Source: Pirellulales bacterium (GTDB lineage Bacteria; Planctomycetota; Planctomycetia; Pirellulales; UBA1268). From it: a stretch of DNA of 64,000 nucleotides. A model generated the notes under the pieces. The model was not told the DNA's origin. It saw only the letters and a program-made list of their open reading frames with translations, and did no database searches. This document shows positions 36,743 through 46,835 of this stretch, one piece after another. Each line of letters opens with the position of its first letter. Position 1 is the stretch's first letter. Location of the stretch: assembly GCA_044236455.1 (NCBI GenBank), contig JBIIGJ010000006.1, forward strand, positions 2,546 through 66,545. Reading direction: 5' to 3'. The translations under genes and the position numbers were made by a program.

Positions 36743-39700
36743 ATGGCGAGGCGACGTTCACGATCCGACGATGAATGGCAGCCGCGGCCGCGCCGCCGCC
36801 GGCGTCTCTTCCCGCTGGTCATGCTCGCCCTGCTCGGCGGGCTTGTCTGGTTTGCACCCGGTCTGATCGTGCTCACCGATCTCCGCGACCGGCCGCTCGA
36901 GGCGATCTTCGCCGGCATCGACGGCCGGATCACCAGCCGCACCGCGGTCTGGCCGTGGTGGGGCGCCATCGAATACCGCGACGTGGTGCTCCGCGATCGG
37001 GAGGGCCGGCCGCTGGTGGCCGTGCCCCGCGTCGTCATCGGCCGCGGGCTCGTGAACCTCCTCGTCAAACCCGCCGATCTGGGCGTGGTGCGGCTGATCG
37101 GGGGCGAAGCTCTCGTGGAGGTCCGCCGCGGCGGCAGCACGATTGAGGATGTGCTCGCACCCTGGCTGGCGACGGTCGGGCAGACCACGGCTGCACCGGT
37201 GTCGTTCGAACTGGAGGTGGTCGATGCCGCCGTCGAACTGGTCGATCTCGTACGCAACGACGCCTGGCGGATCACCGATCTGTTGGCGGCAGGCACCCTG
37301 CGGCCCGATGCGACCCTCGCTGGCTGGACGATCTCCGGTCGCACCCGGCATACCGGCACGCCGCTGCGCGACCTGACCGCCGCCGCCAACAGAGTGGCCT
37401 CGGACCGGACACAGGATTCCGCCGGCCCACGTGCCCCCGGAGCGGACGGCGCGGAGCATGCGAATGATGCCGCCACGGCAGACCGTGAGCAGCCCTCTGC
37501 CAGGCTCGACCGCACGACGGTCGCGGCCGGTGCCACCGCCATCCTCGCGCGGGACGGCGGCTGGTCGGTGTCATCGCCCGAGAGCCAGTCCGCCACCCAG
37601 CCGCGGCCGCTGGCCGTCGCTGCCACCCGCCTGCCGCTGGGAATATCGAGCGTGCTGGCCACGCGGTTCGACGCCGAGCATGTGCTCGACGGACTCGCCG
37701 ACGTGCGGCTCGACATCACGCTGCCACCGCCCCACGCTGCCGCCGGGAACGACGCCGATGGGCCGCGGCCGTCTGCCATGCCGTCGGCGGCCGGAGGAAT
37801 TCATGTGGCCGGCGTGGTGGCCGGATCGCAGCTGGCGATCTGCCAGGCCGGCACTCTGGCCGAACTCATCACGCTCGATCGGGGTGAGATGCCGATCGAC
37901 CTGTCGGTCGATGGCGATCGGATCACGGTCCGATCGCTCAAGGTGACGTCGCCACTGTTCAAGGCCGAGGCCTCCGGCAGGATCCGGATGCCGACGGGAG
38001 GAACCTGGGACTGGGCCGAGGCGCTCGTGGGGGAGAATTTTGCAGTCGCCGCCGACGTCGATCTTGCCGCTGCCGCGCGGGCGATGCCCGGAGGCCTTAC
38101 GGTGCGGCCCGACGTGCGGATCACGGGGGGCCAGCTCCAACTCTCCGCCGTCTCGCGGGCCGATGGCCATGACCGCGTGCTCGAGGTGCGTGCCAGTTCG
38201 CAGGATCTGGCCGCGGTGCAGAGCGTGGTCGAGCCGGCGCATGCCCGCGAGGGGAGCGACGGCGACATGTCGCACGACGCCCGCCATCACGAGCAACAGC
38301 GAATGCTCCGCTGGAACGAGCCCTTCACGGCCTGGCTGCGGGGCCGGCGCGGTGCGGCCCGCGGCGAACGGCTGCGGATCGAGGAGGCGCGGATCGCCTC
38401 TCCCGCGGTGGAGGTGTCGGCCTTCGGCACCGTGGAGTCATCGACCGTGCAGTGGACGCTCGATCTCGACAAGCTCGTGGCCGAGGCCGGTGAAGTGCTC
38501 GAACTCAAGGGCATAAGGCTCGCCGGCACGGCCAGTGGGCGGCTCGACTTCGAGCGCGTCGCCGCCACCGCGGCCTCCCACGCCAAGGTGTCGGTCAGTC
38601 TGTCGCAGTTTGAACTCGAGCTCCCCGGCCGGCGGCCGTGGAAAGATGCGGCGGTCTCGATCGAGGCCGAGGGCTCTGGCGGCATCGCTGGTGGCGCGCT
38701 CCTCATCGATGAGGGGCACGCGGCGCTGGCCGCCGGTCCCGACACGCTCAAGGTGACCCTCACCGGCGGGGCGCTTGTGAATCTCTGGCCCCTCGCGGGC
38801 GGCGGCATCCAGGATGGCCCCTGGCTGCGGGCGGCGCCGGGTTCGCAGTCGATTGCGGCCGACTGTTCCCTGGAGGGCAACCTGGCGCAGTGGCAGCCGC
38901 GCTGGGAAGGACTGCTGCGGTCGACGATCCTGCCCGGCGTGGAGCTGGGAGGGTTTGCCAAGGCGACGGCGGCCCTGGCAGCGCAGGGTGACAGCTGGCA
39001 GATCACGCGGGCGGGCGGCGAGGTGGAAAAGCTGACCGTGCAATGCGCCGGCCGACAGATCAGCGAACCACGCGCCGTAGCGAGCGCCGCGGGCCGGTGG
39101 AATCCTGCCAGCGGACAGATCGAGATATCGTCGGCCGAACTCCTGACGCCGACTCTCTCGCTGCGGACCGGCGGGCTCGCCGTGCTGCCGGAGCGTCGCG
39201 TGACGGCCGCAGCCGACGGCGGCGCAACGAGCATCGTGGACCGGCTTCGCGGCAAGCTGCAGTGGCAGGCCGACGTGTCGCGGCTGGAGCGTTGGCTGGC
39301 ACCGCCGACTGTCGCGGACCGCTGGCCGGCCAGCGGCCGGGCCTGGGGCACGGCCGAGATCCTCGATACACCGATCGGCATGAACGTGCTGGTGGAGGCG
39401 ACGGGCAGCCAACTCGCCATCGCCAGCACGCAGCCGGACGAGACCGTGGCCGGTGGTGCCGCCGTGCCGCGGCCGCGGGAGACTCAGGCACCGGTCCCGC
39501 TCTGGAATGAGCCGCGGGTCGCGCTCGTGCTGGAGGTGACCTGTCCTCCGGCCGCGCATGTCGAGCAGATGACGGTCAATCGGATCAAACTCGATTCCTC
39601 CACGCTGGCGGTCGCCGCCGCGGGCAGTATCGGTGAGCTGTCGTCGCGGCGGCTGGTCGAACTGGGCGGGAACGTGGCCTATGACTGGGAGCAGGTGTCG

Positions 39701-40867
39701 CGGCTGCTGACGCCCTGGACCGGCGGTCGGCTGCGGCTGGCGGGCGCTGGAGCCCGGCCGTTCACCCTGCGGGGGCCGCTGGGGCAGCTCGTCGCCACAA
39801 CCGCGGCGGAGACCGGTGATGCCGAACAGCAACTGCCGCTCCCCGAGGACTGGCTGTCCGCGGTCCGCGGGCCGCATGCCGACAAAGTGGCCCGTGTCGC
39901 GTTGCCGGTGGCCGCGTCGACACGCGCCACAGACCTCACGGATCGGCTGCGGGCAGTCTCAATCGACACCTCAGCGGCCTGGACCGCCGCCGACATCGCC
40001 GGCTTCCAGTTTGCGGCCGGCGAGATGCCGGTGCGGCTCTTCGAAGGACAGCTGGCACTGGGGCCGTTCGATCTGGCCGCCTCCGGTGGCCGGCTCCGCG
40101 GGGCGCCATGGCTGCGGCTCCTGCCGCTGCCGGGAGAATTGATCGTGCCGCCCGGCCGCTGTCTCGACCGCGTCGTGCTCACACCGCAGATGTGCGATCG
40201 CTGGGTGAACTGGCTGGTGCCGCTGATCGGCAAGTCGACCCACACCGAGGGACTGATCAGTGTCGACCTGGCCGGCGCACGGGTGCCGTTGGCCGATCCC
40301 TTCGGCGGCGAGGCATCGGGGCAGGTGATCTTCGAGCGTCTCGAATCCTCGCCGGGGGAGCATGTGCGGCCGCTGATGAACCTGCTCGTGAAGCTGCAAT
40401 CGGCCATCGATCCGCGGTTTGCGTTCGGCGACAAGACGGTGCTGTTGCGGGTGCGTCCGGAGCCGGTCAGCTTCCGTCTGGCCGAGCGTCGTCTTTGGCA
40501 CGAAGGGCTCGTGATGGATGCCGGCCAACTCGTGGTCCGCTCGGCCGGCAGCGTGGGCGCCGACGGCACGCTGGCGATGCTGGTGGAGGTGGCGTTTCGC
40601 GGCGACATCGCCGGCGCCACGCCGGTGGTGGGGCAGCTTTTGCGGACGCCGCTGGTGATCCCGCTGAAGGGCACGGTGCACCGGCCGCAATTCGACGCGC
40701 GGTCGATCGACACGATTCTGGGCCGGATCGTGGAAAACACCGCCGAGGCTGTCATCGGTCCCGGCCTCGCCCGCGGACTGGAAACGCTTTTTGGCAATCC
40801 CCAGCCGCCGGAAGGCACGGCGCCGGCGAGCCCGGCGCCGCTTGAGTTTCCTCAGCCGACCAGGTAG
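36743..40867 (+). CDS. AsmA/TamB-like giant membrane-anchored protein
   Basis: Arg-rich N-terminus followed by a single TM (LFPLVMLALLGGLVWFAP), then AsmA-like N-terminal beta-region; 1,374 aa. Confidence 0.5.
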   Translation: MARRRSRSDDEWQPRPRRRRRLFPLVMLALLGGLVWFAPGLIVLTDLRDRPLEAIFAGIDGRITSRTAVWPWWGAIEYRDVVLRDREGRPLVAVPRVVIGRGLVNLLVKPADLGVVRLIGGEALVEVRRGGSTIEDVLAPWLATVGQTTAAPVSFELEVVDAAVELVDLVRNDAWRITDLLAAGTLRPDATLAGWTISGRTRHTGTPLRDLTAAANRVASDRTQDSAGPRAPGADGAEHANDAATADREQPSARLDRTTVAAGATAILARDGGWSVSSPESQSATQPRPLAVAATRLPLGISSVLATRFDAEHVLDGLADVRLDITLPPPHAAAGNDADGPRPSAMPSAAGGIHVAGVVAGSQLAICQAGTLAELITLDRGEMPIDLSVDGDRITVRSLKVTSPLFKAEASGRIRMPTGGTWDWAEALVGENFAVAADVDLAAAARAMPGGLTVRPDVRITGGQLQLSAVSRADGHDRVLEVRASSQDLAAVQSVVEPAHAREGSDGDMSHDARHHEQQRMLRWNEPFTAWLRGRRGAARGERLRIEEARIASPAVEVSAFGTVESSTVQWTLDLDKLVAEAGEVLELKGIRLAGTASGRLDFERVAATAASHAKVSVSLSQFELELPGRRPWKDAAVSIEAEGSGGIAGGALLIDEGHAALAAGPDTLKVTLTGGALVNLWPLAGGGIQDGPWLRAAPGSQSIAADCSLEGNLAQWQPRWEGLLRSTILPGVELGGFAKATAALAAQGDSWQITRAGGEVEKLTVQCAGRQISEPRAVASAAGRWNPASGQIEISSAELLTPTLSLRTGGLAVLPERRVTAAADGGATSIVDRLRGKLQWQADVSRLERWLAPPTVADRWPASGRAWGTAEILDTPIGMNVLVEATGSQLAIASTQPDETVAGGAAVPRPRETQAPVPLWNEPRVALVLEVTCPPAAHVEQMTVNRIKLDSSTLAVAAAGSIGELSSRRLVELGGNVAYDWEQVSRLLTPWTGGRLRLAGAGARPFTLRGPLGQLVATTAAETGDAEQQLPLPEDWLSAVRGPHADKVARVALPVAASTRATDLTDRLRAVSIDTSAAWTAADIAGFQFAAGEMPVRLFEGQLALGPFDLAASGGRLRGAPWLRLLPLPGELIVPPGRCLDRVVLTPQMCDRWVNWLVPLIGKSTHTEGLISVDLAGARVPLADPFGGEASGQVIFERLESSPGEHVRPLMNLLVKLQSAIDPRFAFGDKTVLLRVRPEPVSFRLAERRLWHEGLVMDAGQLVVRSAGSVGADGTLAMLVEVAFRGDIAGATPVVGQLLRTPLVIPLKGTVHRPQFDARSIDTILGRIVENTAEAVIGPGLARGLETLFGNPQPPEGTAPASPAPLEFPQPTR

Positions 40868-40976
40868 CCGGCATGCGGCGGACGTCGAGTGCACGAAACC
40901 GCCGGGGGCTGTGAAAGCCTCCGACTCGAGGACAGGATAGGCCGACTCGCTTCGGCTTCCCCCGACCCCAGGCTCC

Positions 40977-42404
40977 TCAAACGGTCATGCTTGAGCGGCC
41001 GGAGGCGCCGCGACGTTTCACGATGACCGCTGTCAGGTCATCGCCCTGCGGGGTGCCCGCGGAGAAGTCGACCACGGCGCGGTGGAGCAGACCGATGAGT
41101 TCCTCTGCAGTCCTGTGATGATGGGTGCAGACGAGATCCCGGACCCGCTCCGTACCGAACTGTTCGCCATCGGGACGGGACCACTCGAAGAAGCCGTCGG
41201 TCAAGAGCACGAGTATGTCTCCCGGGGCGAAGGGGAGCGTGACCGGGGGATCGTACGGCTCCTCGGGCAGGATCCCCAGCGGCAGTCCCTGCGCCTCGAA
41301 TTCGGTGATTTCGCCGGTCGCCGCCGAGTAGGCCAGCAGCGGTCCCTGGCCGGTGCTGAGATACTGGAGGGTGCTCTCCGCGGGCGAAAGAATTCCGAAG
41401 AAGGCGGTCACGAACTTGCCATCCTGCAGGTCCTGGCAAAGCAGTTGCTGCACGCTGTCGACGGTCGCCCCGAGGTCGGCCGAACGCATCACCAGCGCGC
41501 GAAAGAGGGCCCGCACCTCCGCAACGACTAGCGCCGGGCCGATGCCATGGCCGGTGACGTCGGCGATGGCGATCGCCAGGCTGCCGTCGGCGAGCTGCAG
41601 AAAGTCGTAGTAGTCGCCGCCGGTCTCGTCCGCCGGACGATTCCAGCCGGCAATGTCGAACCCCTCCATCTCGGGTCGTTGCTTCGGCAGGAGGCCCTGC
41701 TGGATGTCGCGGGCGATGTTGAGATCCCGCTGGATGCGTTGCTTCTCTGCAAAGTGACCCAGCAGCATCTGCCGCTGGACTGCCACGCCGGCCTGGCTGC
41801 CGAGAAACCCGGCGAGTTGTTCGTCGCGGTCGCCGAAGGGACCGCTGCGCTTGTTGAGCACCTGCAGCACGCCCACGATCCCGCCATCGTGGTCGGACAG
41901 GGGCACGGTGAGCAGGTTACGGGTGCGGAAGCCGCTGCGCCGGTCGAACTCGGGATTGAAACGCGGATCGGCATAGGCGTCGGGCAGATTCACGACGCGG
42001 CCGCTGCGGGCCACCTCCCCGGCGATCCCCAGCGATACCGGGAAGCGAATCTCGGAGATCGGTGAATCGGCGATGCCCGTCGCCAGCCGGCTGTAGAGCT
42101 CCTCCGACGTGCGGTCATACACAAATACCGTGGCCCGTTCGCAATCGAGCACGGAGGTGGCGGCGGATGCGATCGCCTCCAGCAGCACATCGAGGTCGAC
42201 GGTGGCTCCCAGGCGACGGGTGACCTCGAGCAGCTGTTCGAGGTCGGCGACCCGTCGGCGGTCGTCATGCAGGCTACCAACGGAGGACTCGTTCATGATG
42301 GCCATCCCAGCGGACTTTCCATTCGAAACAACAGGGGCGCTCGCGATGCCGACGTGTGCGGCCGCCGCGGAGTCAGCCGCAGGGATAGCAGAAACATCAG
42401 CCAT
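40977..42404 (-). CDS. GAF domain-containing PP2C/SpoIIE-family serine phosphatase
   Basis: I prefer the start MADVSAIP at 42404, 2 nt after the upstream stop. GAF block LLEAIASAATSVLDCERATVFVYD. PP2C motifs ARDIQQGLLP, GGDYYDF, ADVTGHGIGPAL. Confidence 0.85.
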   Translation of the reverse strand: MADVSAIPAADSAAAAHVGIASAPVVSNGKSAGMAIMNESSVGSLHDDRRRVADLEQLLEVTRRLGATVDLDVLLEAIASAATSVLDCERATVFVYDRTSEELYSRLATGIADSPISEIRFPVSLGIAGEVARSGRVVNLPDAYADPRFNPEFDRRSGFRTRNLLTVPLSDHDGGIVGVLQVLNKRSGPFGDRDEQLAGFLGSQAGVAVQRQMLLGHFAEKQRIQRDLNIARDIQQGLLPKQRPEMEGFDIAGWNRPADETGGDYYDFLQLADGSLAIAIADVTGHGIGPALVVAEVRALFRALVMRSADLGATVDSVQQLLCQDLQDGKFVTAFFGILSPAESTLQYLSTGQGPLLAYSAATGEITEFEAQGLPLGILPEEPYDPPVTLPFAPGDILVLLTDGFFEWSRPDGEQFGTERVRDLVCTHHHRTAEELIGLLHRAVVDFSAGTPQGDDLTAVIVKRRGASGRSSMTV

Positions 42405-42406
42405 TG

Positions 42407-43735
42407 TCACCTTGCGTCGGCGCGGAGCCTCCGATCCATGGCCGAGATCAGCCGCTCGAGCCTGCGGCCATATGAGAAATGCTCGACCTCGAGCCGGTGC
42501 CGCGGCGAATCGACATAGCGGATCGCACTGGTCGGTGGCGGACTGTGCCGCTGCCGGTAGAGCCAGGCGGCCGCCCGCGGTGCGTTTCGCGCAGCCAGTG
42601 CCATCCGCGCCACGAGGTGCGCCTGCAGATCGGTGAGCCCCCACTGGCCGCTATCGGGCTGAATCAGCCCCACTACGGCGATGTCATCGCGGGTGGGGTG
42701 GAGCAGGTTGAGAAACAGCCGCGGAACGCCGTCGGCGTCGGCGCAGAGATGTTCTGGATCGATGAACGGGAGCGAGACGCGGTAGCCGGTTGCGCAGATC
42801 ACGACATCAAACACCTCGCGGCTGCCGTCGGCGAACACGGCCGCATCGCCGTCGAAACGGACCACATCGCCCGCCGGTCGGACCGATCCGGCGTCGATCC
42901 GTCGGCAGAGGCCGTCATTGACAACCGGATGCGTCTCCCAGAGCCGGTGGTCGGGCCGCGGCAGGCCGTGTCGCCAGGGAAGGCCGATCGTGCGGTCGAT
43001 CGCCCGCAGGCTCACCACTCTCCGCAGCCACAAGGGCAGGCCCAGTTTGAAGAGCCGTTCGCCGCGAAGGTCGGCCGGTCGGCCGAGGATGAACCGCGGC
43101 ACGAGGTAGTAACCGCGGCGGAGGGAGAGCACTGTGGTGGCCGCGTGCGCGGCGCAGTCGACCGCGATGTCGCAGGCCGAATTGCCGCCCCCGATCACCA
43201 GCACCCGCTTGCCAGCGATCGCCACCGGCTGCGTGGGCGACTTGTAGTGGCAGGCATGCAACAGGGTGCCGGAGAAGGCGCCGGGGATCTCTGGAAACCG
43301 CGGGTCGCGATTGTGGCCGGTGGCGATCACGACGCCGGCATAAGCTTGCGGCTCCCGGCCGGCGACATGCACGCTCCAGCCTCCGCCCGCGGCTGGTTCC
43401 ACCCGCTCGACGGTCGCGTGCGTGCGGATGTGCGGCGGAAGCGCGAAGTGTCGGGCGTAGCGGCGGAGGTAGTCGAGGCACTGCGTGTGGTGGGGATAGG
43501 CTGGCCACTCCCGCGGCATCGGGAAATCACCGTACGCGGTGAGAGACTTCGAGCTGATGAGCCGGGTCGATGCGAACACGCTCGATGCGGCCGAGCCGAA
43601 GTACCAGTTGCCGCCGACGTCGTCCTCGCGTTCGAGGCACTCGGCGGGGATGCCCGCCGCCAGCAGGTTCTTGAGGGCCGTCAGACCCGACGGGCCGGCA
43701 CCGATGACGCACCACGTGTCTTGTTGCGGTCGCAT
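42407..43735 (-). CDS. Flavin-containing monooxygenase
   Basis: FAD motif GAGPSGL, FMO motif DVGGNWYF, NADPH motif VIGGGNSACD. Confidence 0.8.
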   Translation of the reverse strand: MRPQQDTWCVIGAGPSGLTALKNLLAAGIPAECLEREDDVGGNWYFGSAASSVFASTRLISSKSLTAYGDFPMPREWPAYPHHTQCLDYLRRYARHFALPPHIRTHATVERVEPAAGGGWSVHVAGREPQAYAGVVIATGHNRDPRFPEIPGAFSGTLLHACHYKSPTQPVAIAGKRVLVIGGGNSACDIAVDCAAHAATTVLSLRRGYYLVPRFILGRPADLRGERLFKLGLPLWLRRVVSLRAIDRTIGLPWRHGLPRPDHRLWETHPVVNDGLCRRIDAGSVRPAGDVVRFDGDAAVFADGSREVFDVVICATGYRVSLPFIDPEHLCADADGVPRLFLNLLHPTRDDIAVVGLIQPDSGQWGLTDLQAHLVARMALAARNAPRAAAWLYRQRHSPPPTSAIRYVDSPRHRLEVEHFSYGRRLERLISAMDRRLRADAR

Positions 43736-43743
43736 GGGCGTCT

Positions 43744-44973
43744 TCAGGAACTGGCGTGGTCGCGGAGCATGGACGTGATGGTGCTGGCGAGCCTGGCGAT
43801 GTCGGCTCCCGTATGGTGCCAGGAAAGACTCACCCGCACGAGGCTTTTCCCCTCGGGCACGCTCGGCGGCCGGATCGCGGGCACGAAGAGGCCGGCCTCG
43901 GCCAGCCGGGTGGAGACGGCCACGGCCTGTGTCGCTGCGCCGACGACGATCGGCACGATCTGGGTCGTGTCACCAGCGATGTCGAGACCCGCCTGCAGCA
44001 GTGCCTGCCGAAAGTCGGCCGCGTGTGTCCGCAGTTCGCGGCGGCGGTGCGGCTCCTGGGACACGAGCGTGATGGCGCGGGTCGCCGCGGCGGCCACGGC
44101 AGGCGGATGGGCCGTGGAAAAGATCCAGGCCCGGGCCTTGTGCCTGAGCCAGTGGATCATGGCGGCATGGCCGGCGACGAACCCGCCCGCGGCGGCCAGG
44201 GCCTTCGAGAGCGTGCCGACCCGGATATGCACGCCGTCGGCGCAGCCCGTCTCCTCGACCAGGCCACTGCCCCGCCCGCCGAAGACACCAGTGGTATGCG
44301 CCTCGTCCACCATCAGGATGGCCCGGTGCTTCCGGGCGAGTTCACAGAGGTCGGCCAACGGCGCGATCGTGCCGTCCATCGAGAAGACCGTGTCGGTGAC
44401 GATCAGCCGGCGGCGGGCGGCGGCAGCCTGCGCCAGGAGCATGTCGAGCGTGGCCATGTCGCGGTGCGGATAGATGCCGACGCGACCGCGGGAGAGCCGG
44501 CAGCCGTCGATGATGCTCGCGTGGTTGCGTGCGTCGCTGGCGATGAAGTCGTCGGGGCCGACCAGCGCCGCGATCGTGGCGGTGTTGGCGGCGAATCCGC
44601 TGGGGAACGTGAGGGCCGCTTCCACCGCGAGCAAGTCCGCGATCGCCCGTTCCAAGAGTTCATGGGCCACGGAGTGGCCGCTCACCAGCGGGCTGGCCCC
44701 GGCCCCAAATCCCTCGGCGCAGGCGGCCTTCGACGCCGCCTTCGTGAGCCGCACGTCACCGGCGTAGCCGAGGTAGTCGTTCGAGCCGAAGTTGAGGAGT
44801 GTCTGCCCATCGAGGTCGACCTCCCTGCCCTGCCGTCCCGAACGCACGCGGTGGGGACGTTCGAGCCCCAGGCCGCGGAGGGCCGCGAGGTCGTCGTCGA
44901 TCCACGCCAGCGGCTCCGGCAGCGGCGCCACGGCGCGGGGCGGAGTCACGGTGGCGTCGAGTCGGCAGGTCAT
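43744..44973 (-). CDS. bioF: 8-amino-7-oxononanoate synthase / alpha-oxoamine synthase family
   Basis: FGSNDYLGY, DEAHTTGVFG, and PLP-lysine motif GTLSKA. Confidence 0.75.
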   Translation of the reverse strand: MTCRLDATVTPPRAVAPLPEPLAWIDDDLAALRGLGLERPHRVRSGRQGREVDLDGQTLLNFGSNDYLGYAGDVRLTKAASKAACAEGFGAGASPLVSGHSVAHELLERAIADLLAVEAALTFPSGFAANTATIAALVGPDDFIASDARNHASIIDGCRLSRGRVGIYPHRDMATLDMLLAQAAAARRRLIVTDTVFSMDGTIAPLADLCELARKHRAILMVDEAHTTGVFGGRGSGLVEETGCADGVHIRVGTLSKALAAAGGFVAGHAAMIHWLRHKARAWIFSTAHPPAVAAAATRAITLVSQEPHRRRELRTHAADFRQALLQAGLDIAGDTTQIVPIVVGAATQAVAVSTRLAEAGLFVPAIRPPSVPEGKSLVRVSLSWHHTGADIARLASTITSMLRDHASS

Positions 44974-44994
44974 GCACCAATAGTAGACGAAAGG

Positions 44995-45462
44995 TCAGGC
45001 CGGCCGGTGGCCGAGTTTTTCGATGGCTCGAAACTGGGCCGCCGTGACGGGCTGGACGGAGAGCCGGCTGCCGCGGCGCAACAGTTCCATGCCGGCGAGG
45101 GATGTGACCGTGCGGAGTTCGTCGAGCGGGACCTCCCGCGGAAACACTTCCACGAGCTTCACGTCGACCATCGACCAGGTCGGATTCTCGGGCGACGCCT
45201 TGGGGTCGTGGTAGTCGCTCGTCGGGTCCCAGGCTGTCGGATCGGCATAGGCGGCGCGGACGATCTCGACGACGCCGGCCACGGCCGACGGCGTGGCGTT
45301 GGAGTGGTAATAGAGCGCCCGGTCGCCGACCTGCATCGCCCGCAGGAAATTCCGCGCCTGGTAGTTGCGGACCCCTTCCCAGTGGGTCGTCTGCCGCTTC
45401 GCCTTGGCGAGGTCGCGGATGGAAAAGACGTCGGGCTCGCTCTTGATCAGCCAGTGGTTCAT
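44995..45462 (-). CDS. EVE (PUA-like) domain protein
   Basis: MNHWLIKSEPDVFSI...WEGVRNYQARNFLR...GDRALYYHSN. The ATG at 45462 is preferred over 45504. Confidence 0.85.
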   Translation of the reverse strand: MNHWLIKSEPDVFSIRDLAKAKRQTTHWEGVRNYQARNFLRAMQVGDRALYYHSNATPSAVAGVVEIVRAAYADPTAWDPTSDYHDPKASPENPTWSMVDVKLVEVFPREVPLDELRTVTSLAGMELLRRGSRLSVQPVTAAQFRAIEKLGHRPA

Positions 45463-45480
45463 GGTGCGGCAGGATACGCT
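45432..45480 (-). repeat. Direct repeat copy B (EVE gene upstream 18 nt plus first 10 codons)
   Basis: Matches 49122-49170 at 41/49 positions; the core (45458-45480) matches at 22/23. Confidence 0.9.
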
Positions 45481-45522
45481 CAATCGCGCGTGAGCAATAG
45501 GCATGCCACCGGCGCGGGGGCG

Positions 45523-46803
45523 TCAGGTGAGCAGGTCGGCCACGATCGTGCCGTCGTTGATGAGCTTCATCTGCCGCCCCAGGGGCGTGTCGACTCGGCC
45601 GTCGGGATCGATTCCGAGCTGGCCGACGACTGTCGCATGCAGATCGGCAACCCGCACGGGTCGCTCCACGGCCTTTCGCCCCTCCGGATCGGTGCCACCG
45701 AGAACGAAGCCCCTCTTGATACCGCCCCCGGCCAAGAGTCCGCTGAACACGTCGGGATAATGGTCGCGGCCGGCACTGCCGTTGATGACGGGCGTGCGTC
45801 CGAATTCGCTGAGCAAGAGCACGAGCGTGCGGTCGAGCATGCCGCTCGACGCCAGATCCCCCAACAGCGTGCCGATCGCCGGGTCGATGATGGCGCCGAG
45901 GCTGCGCATGGTGGGAAAGTTATCGACGTGGGTGTCGAAGCCGCCGAGGTTGACCTGCACGAACCGCACGCCCTGTTCGACGAGCCGTCGGGCGAGCAGG
46001 CAGCCTCGCCCGAAGCGCGTGTCGCCGTAGGCTTCGCGAACGGAGGCCGGCTCCGAGGTGATGTCGAAGGCGGCCAAAGCCGGGCTCTGCATCAATTTCA
46101 AGGCCGCGGCATATGACCCGCTCACGGCATCGACGAGCGAGTCGGCTGGAGACGAGAACCGGCCGTTGAGCCCTTCGAGGATCTCGAGACGCCGCTGGCT
46201 GCGAACCTGCGTGATGCCCTCGGGCAGCGCGATGGTCGGATCCGGGGTGCCGGGCTCCCCGATGAAATACGCCTCCGCCGTCTGCCCGAGATAGCCGGGC
46301 GACGGGGCCTCGCCACCCACCGCCACGAACGCCGGAAGATCGCCGAGCCGTTCGACCTGATCGGCGACGATCGAACCCAAGGACGGGTGCACCAGTTCTC
46401 GTACCTGGGGATAGCTCGTGAGCAGATGGTGGGTGGCGCTGCCATGATCGGCGCTGTCCCCCGTGAGCGACCGCAGAATAGTGGCATGCTGCAACTGGGA
46501 GGCCACCGTCGGAAGAATTTCGCTGACGTTGATCCCATCGACGGCGGTGCGGATGGCCGCGAATTCGCCCCCCGTCGCGGTGCCCGGCTTGGGATCGAAC
46601 GTGTCGAGGTGGCTCATGCCGCCCCCCATCCAGAGCAGGATGACGGCATCGGCCTGTGCGGGCCGGCGCGGCCTACCCTCCGTCTCTCGCCCGAGCAGCC
46701 CGCGGATCGGCATGCCCATGAACGTCGCGAGACCACCCGCCGTCGTCGAGCGAAGCATGCGTCGGCGGGTCAGCGGCGTCTGGAACCAGTTGGTGGGATG
46801 CAT
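45523..46803 (-). CDS. DUF1501 domain protein (sulfatase-like fold, Tat signal)
   Basis: TRRRMLRS twin-arginine motif, HLDTFDPKPG, SAGRDHYP. Confidence 0.85.
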   Translation of the reverse strand: MHPTNWFQTPLTRRRMLRSTTAGGLATFMGMPIRGLLGRETEGRPRRPAQADAVILLWMGGGMSHLDTFDPKPGTATGGEFAAIRTAVDGINVSEILPTVASQLQHATILRSLTGDSADHGSATHHLLTSYPQVRELVHPSLGSIVADQVERLGDLPAFVAVGGEAPSPGYLGQTAEAYFIGEPGTPDPTIALPEGITQVRSQRRLEILEGLNGRFSSPADSLVDAVSGSYAAALKLMQSPALAAFDITSEPASVREAYGDTRFGRGCLLARRLVEQGVRFVQVNLGGFDTHVDNFPTMRSLGAIIDPAIGTLLGDLASSGMLDRTLVLLLSEFGRTPVINGSAGRDHYPDVFSGLLAGGGIKRGFVLGGTDPEGRKAVERPVRVADLHATVVGQLGIDPDGRVDTPLGRQMKLINDGTIVADLLT

Positions 46804-46835
46804 GGAGCGGCTCCACGGTCAGGGAAAAAAGAGGA

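Noticed and set aside
42405-42644. 80-codon N-terminal extension of the GAF-PP2C ORF
   Set aside because: The extension lies entirely inside the upstream FMO gene. ATG 42404, 2 nt after the FMO stop, gives a normal operon junction.
43756-46116. 786-aa plus-strand ORF
   Set aside because: It is antisense to bioF, the EVE gene and DUF1501, all of which have clear signatures.
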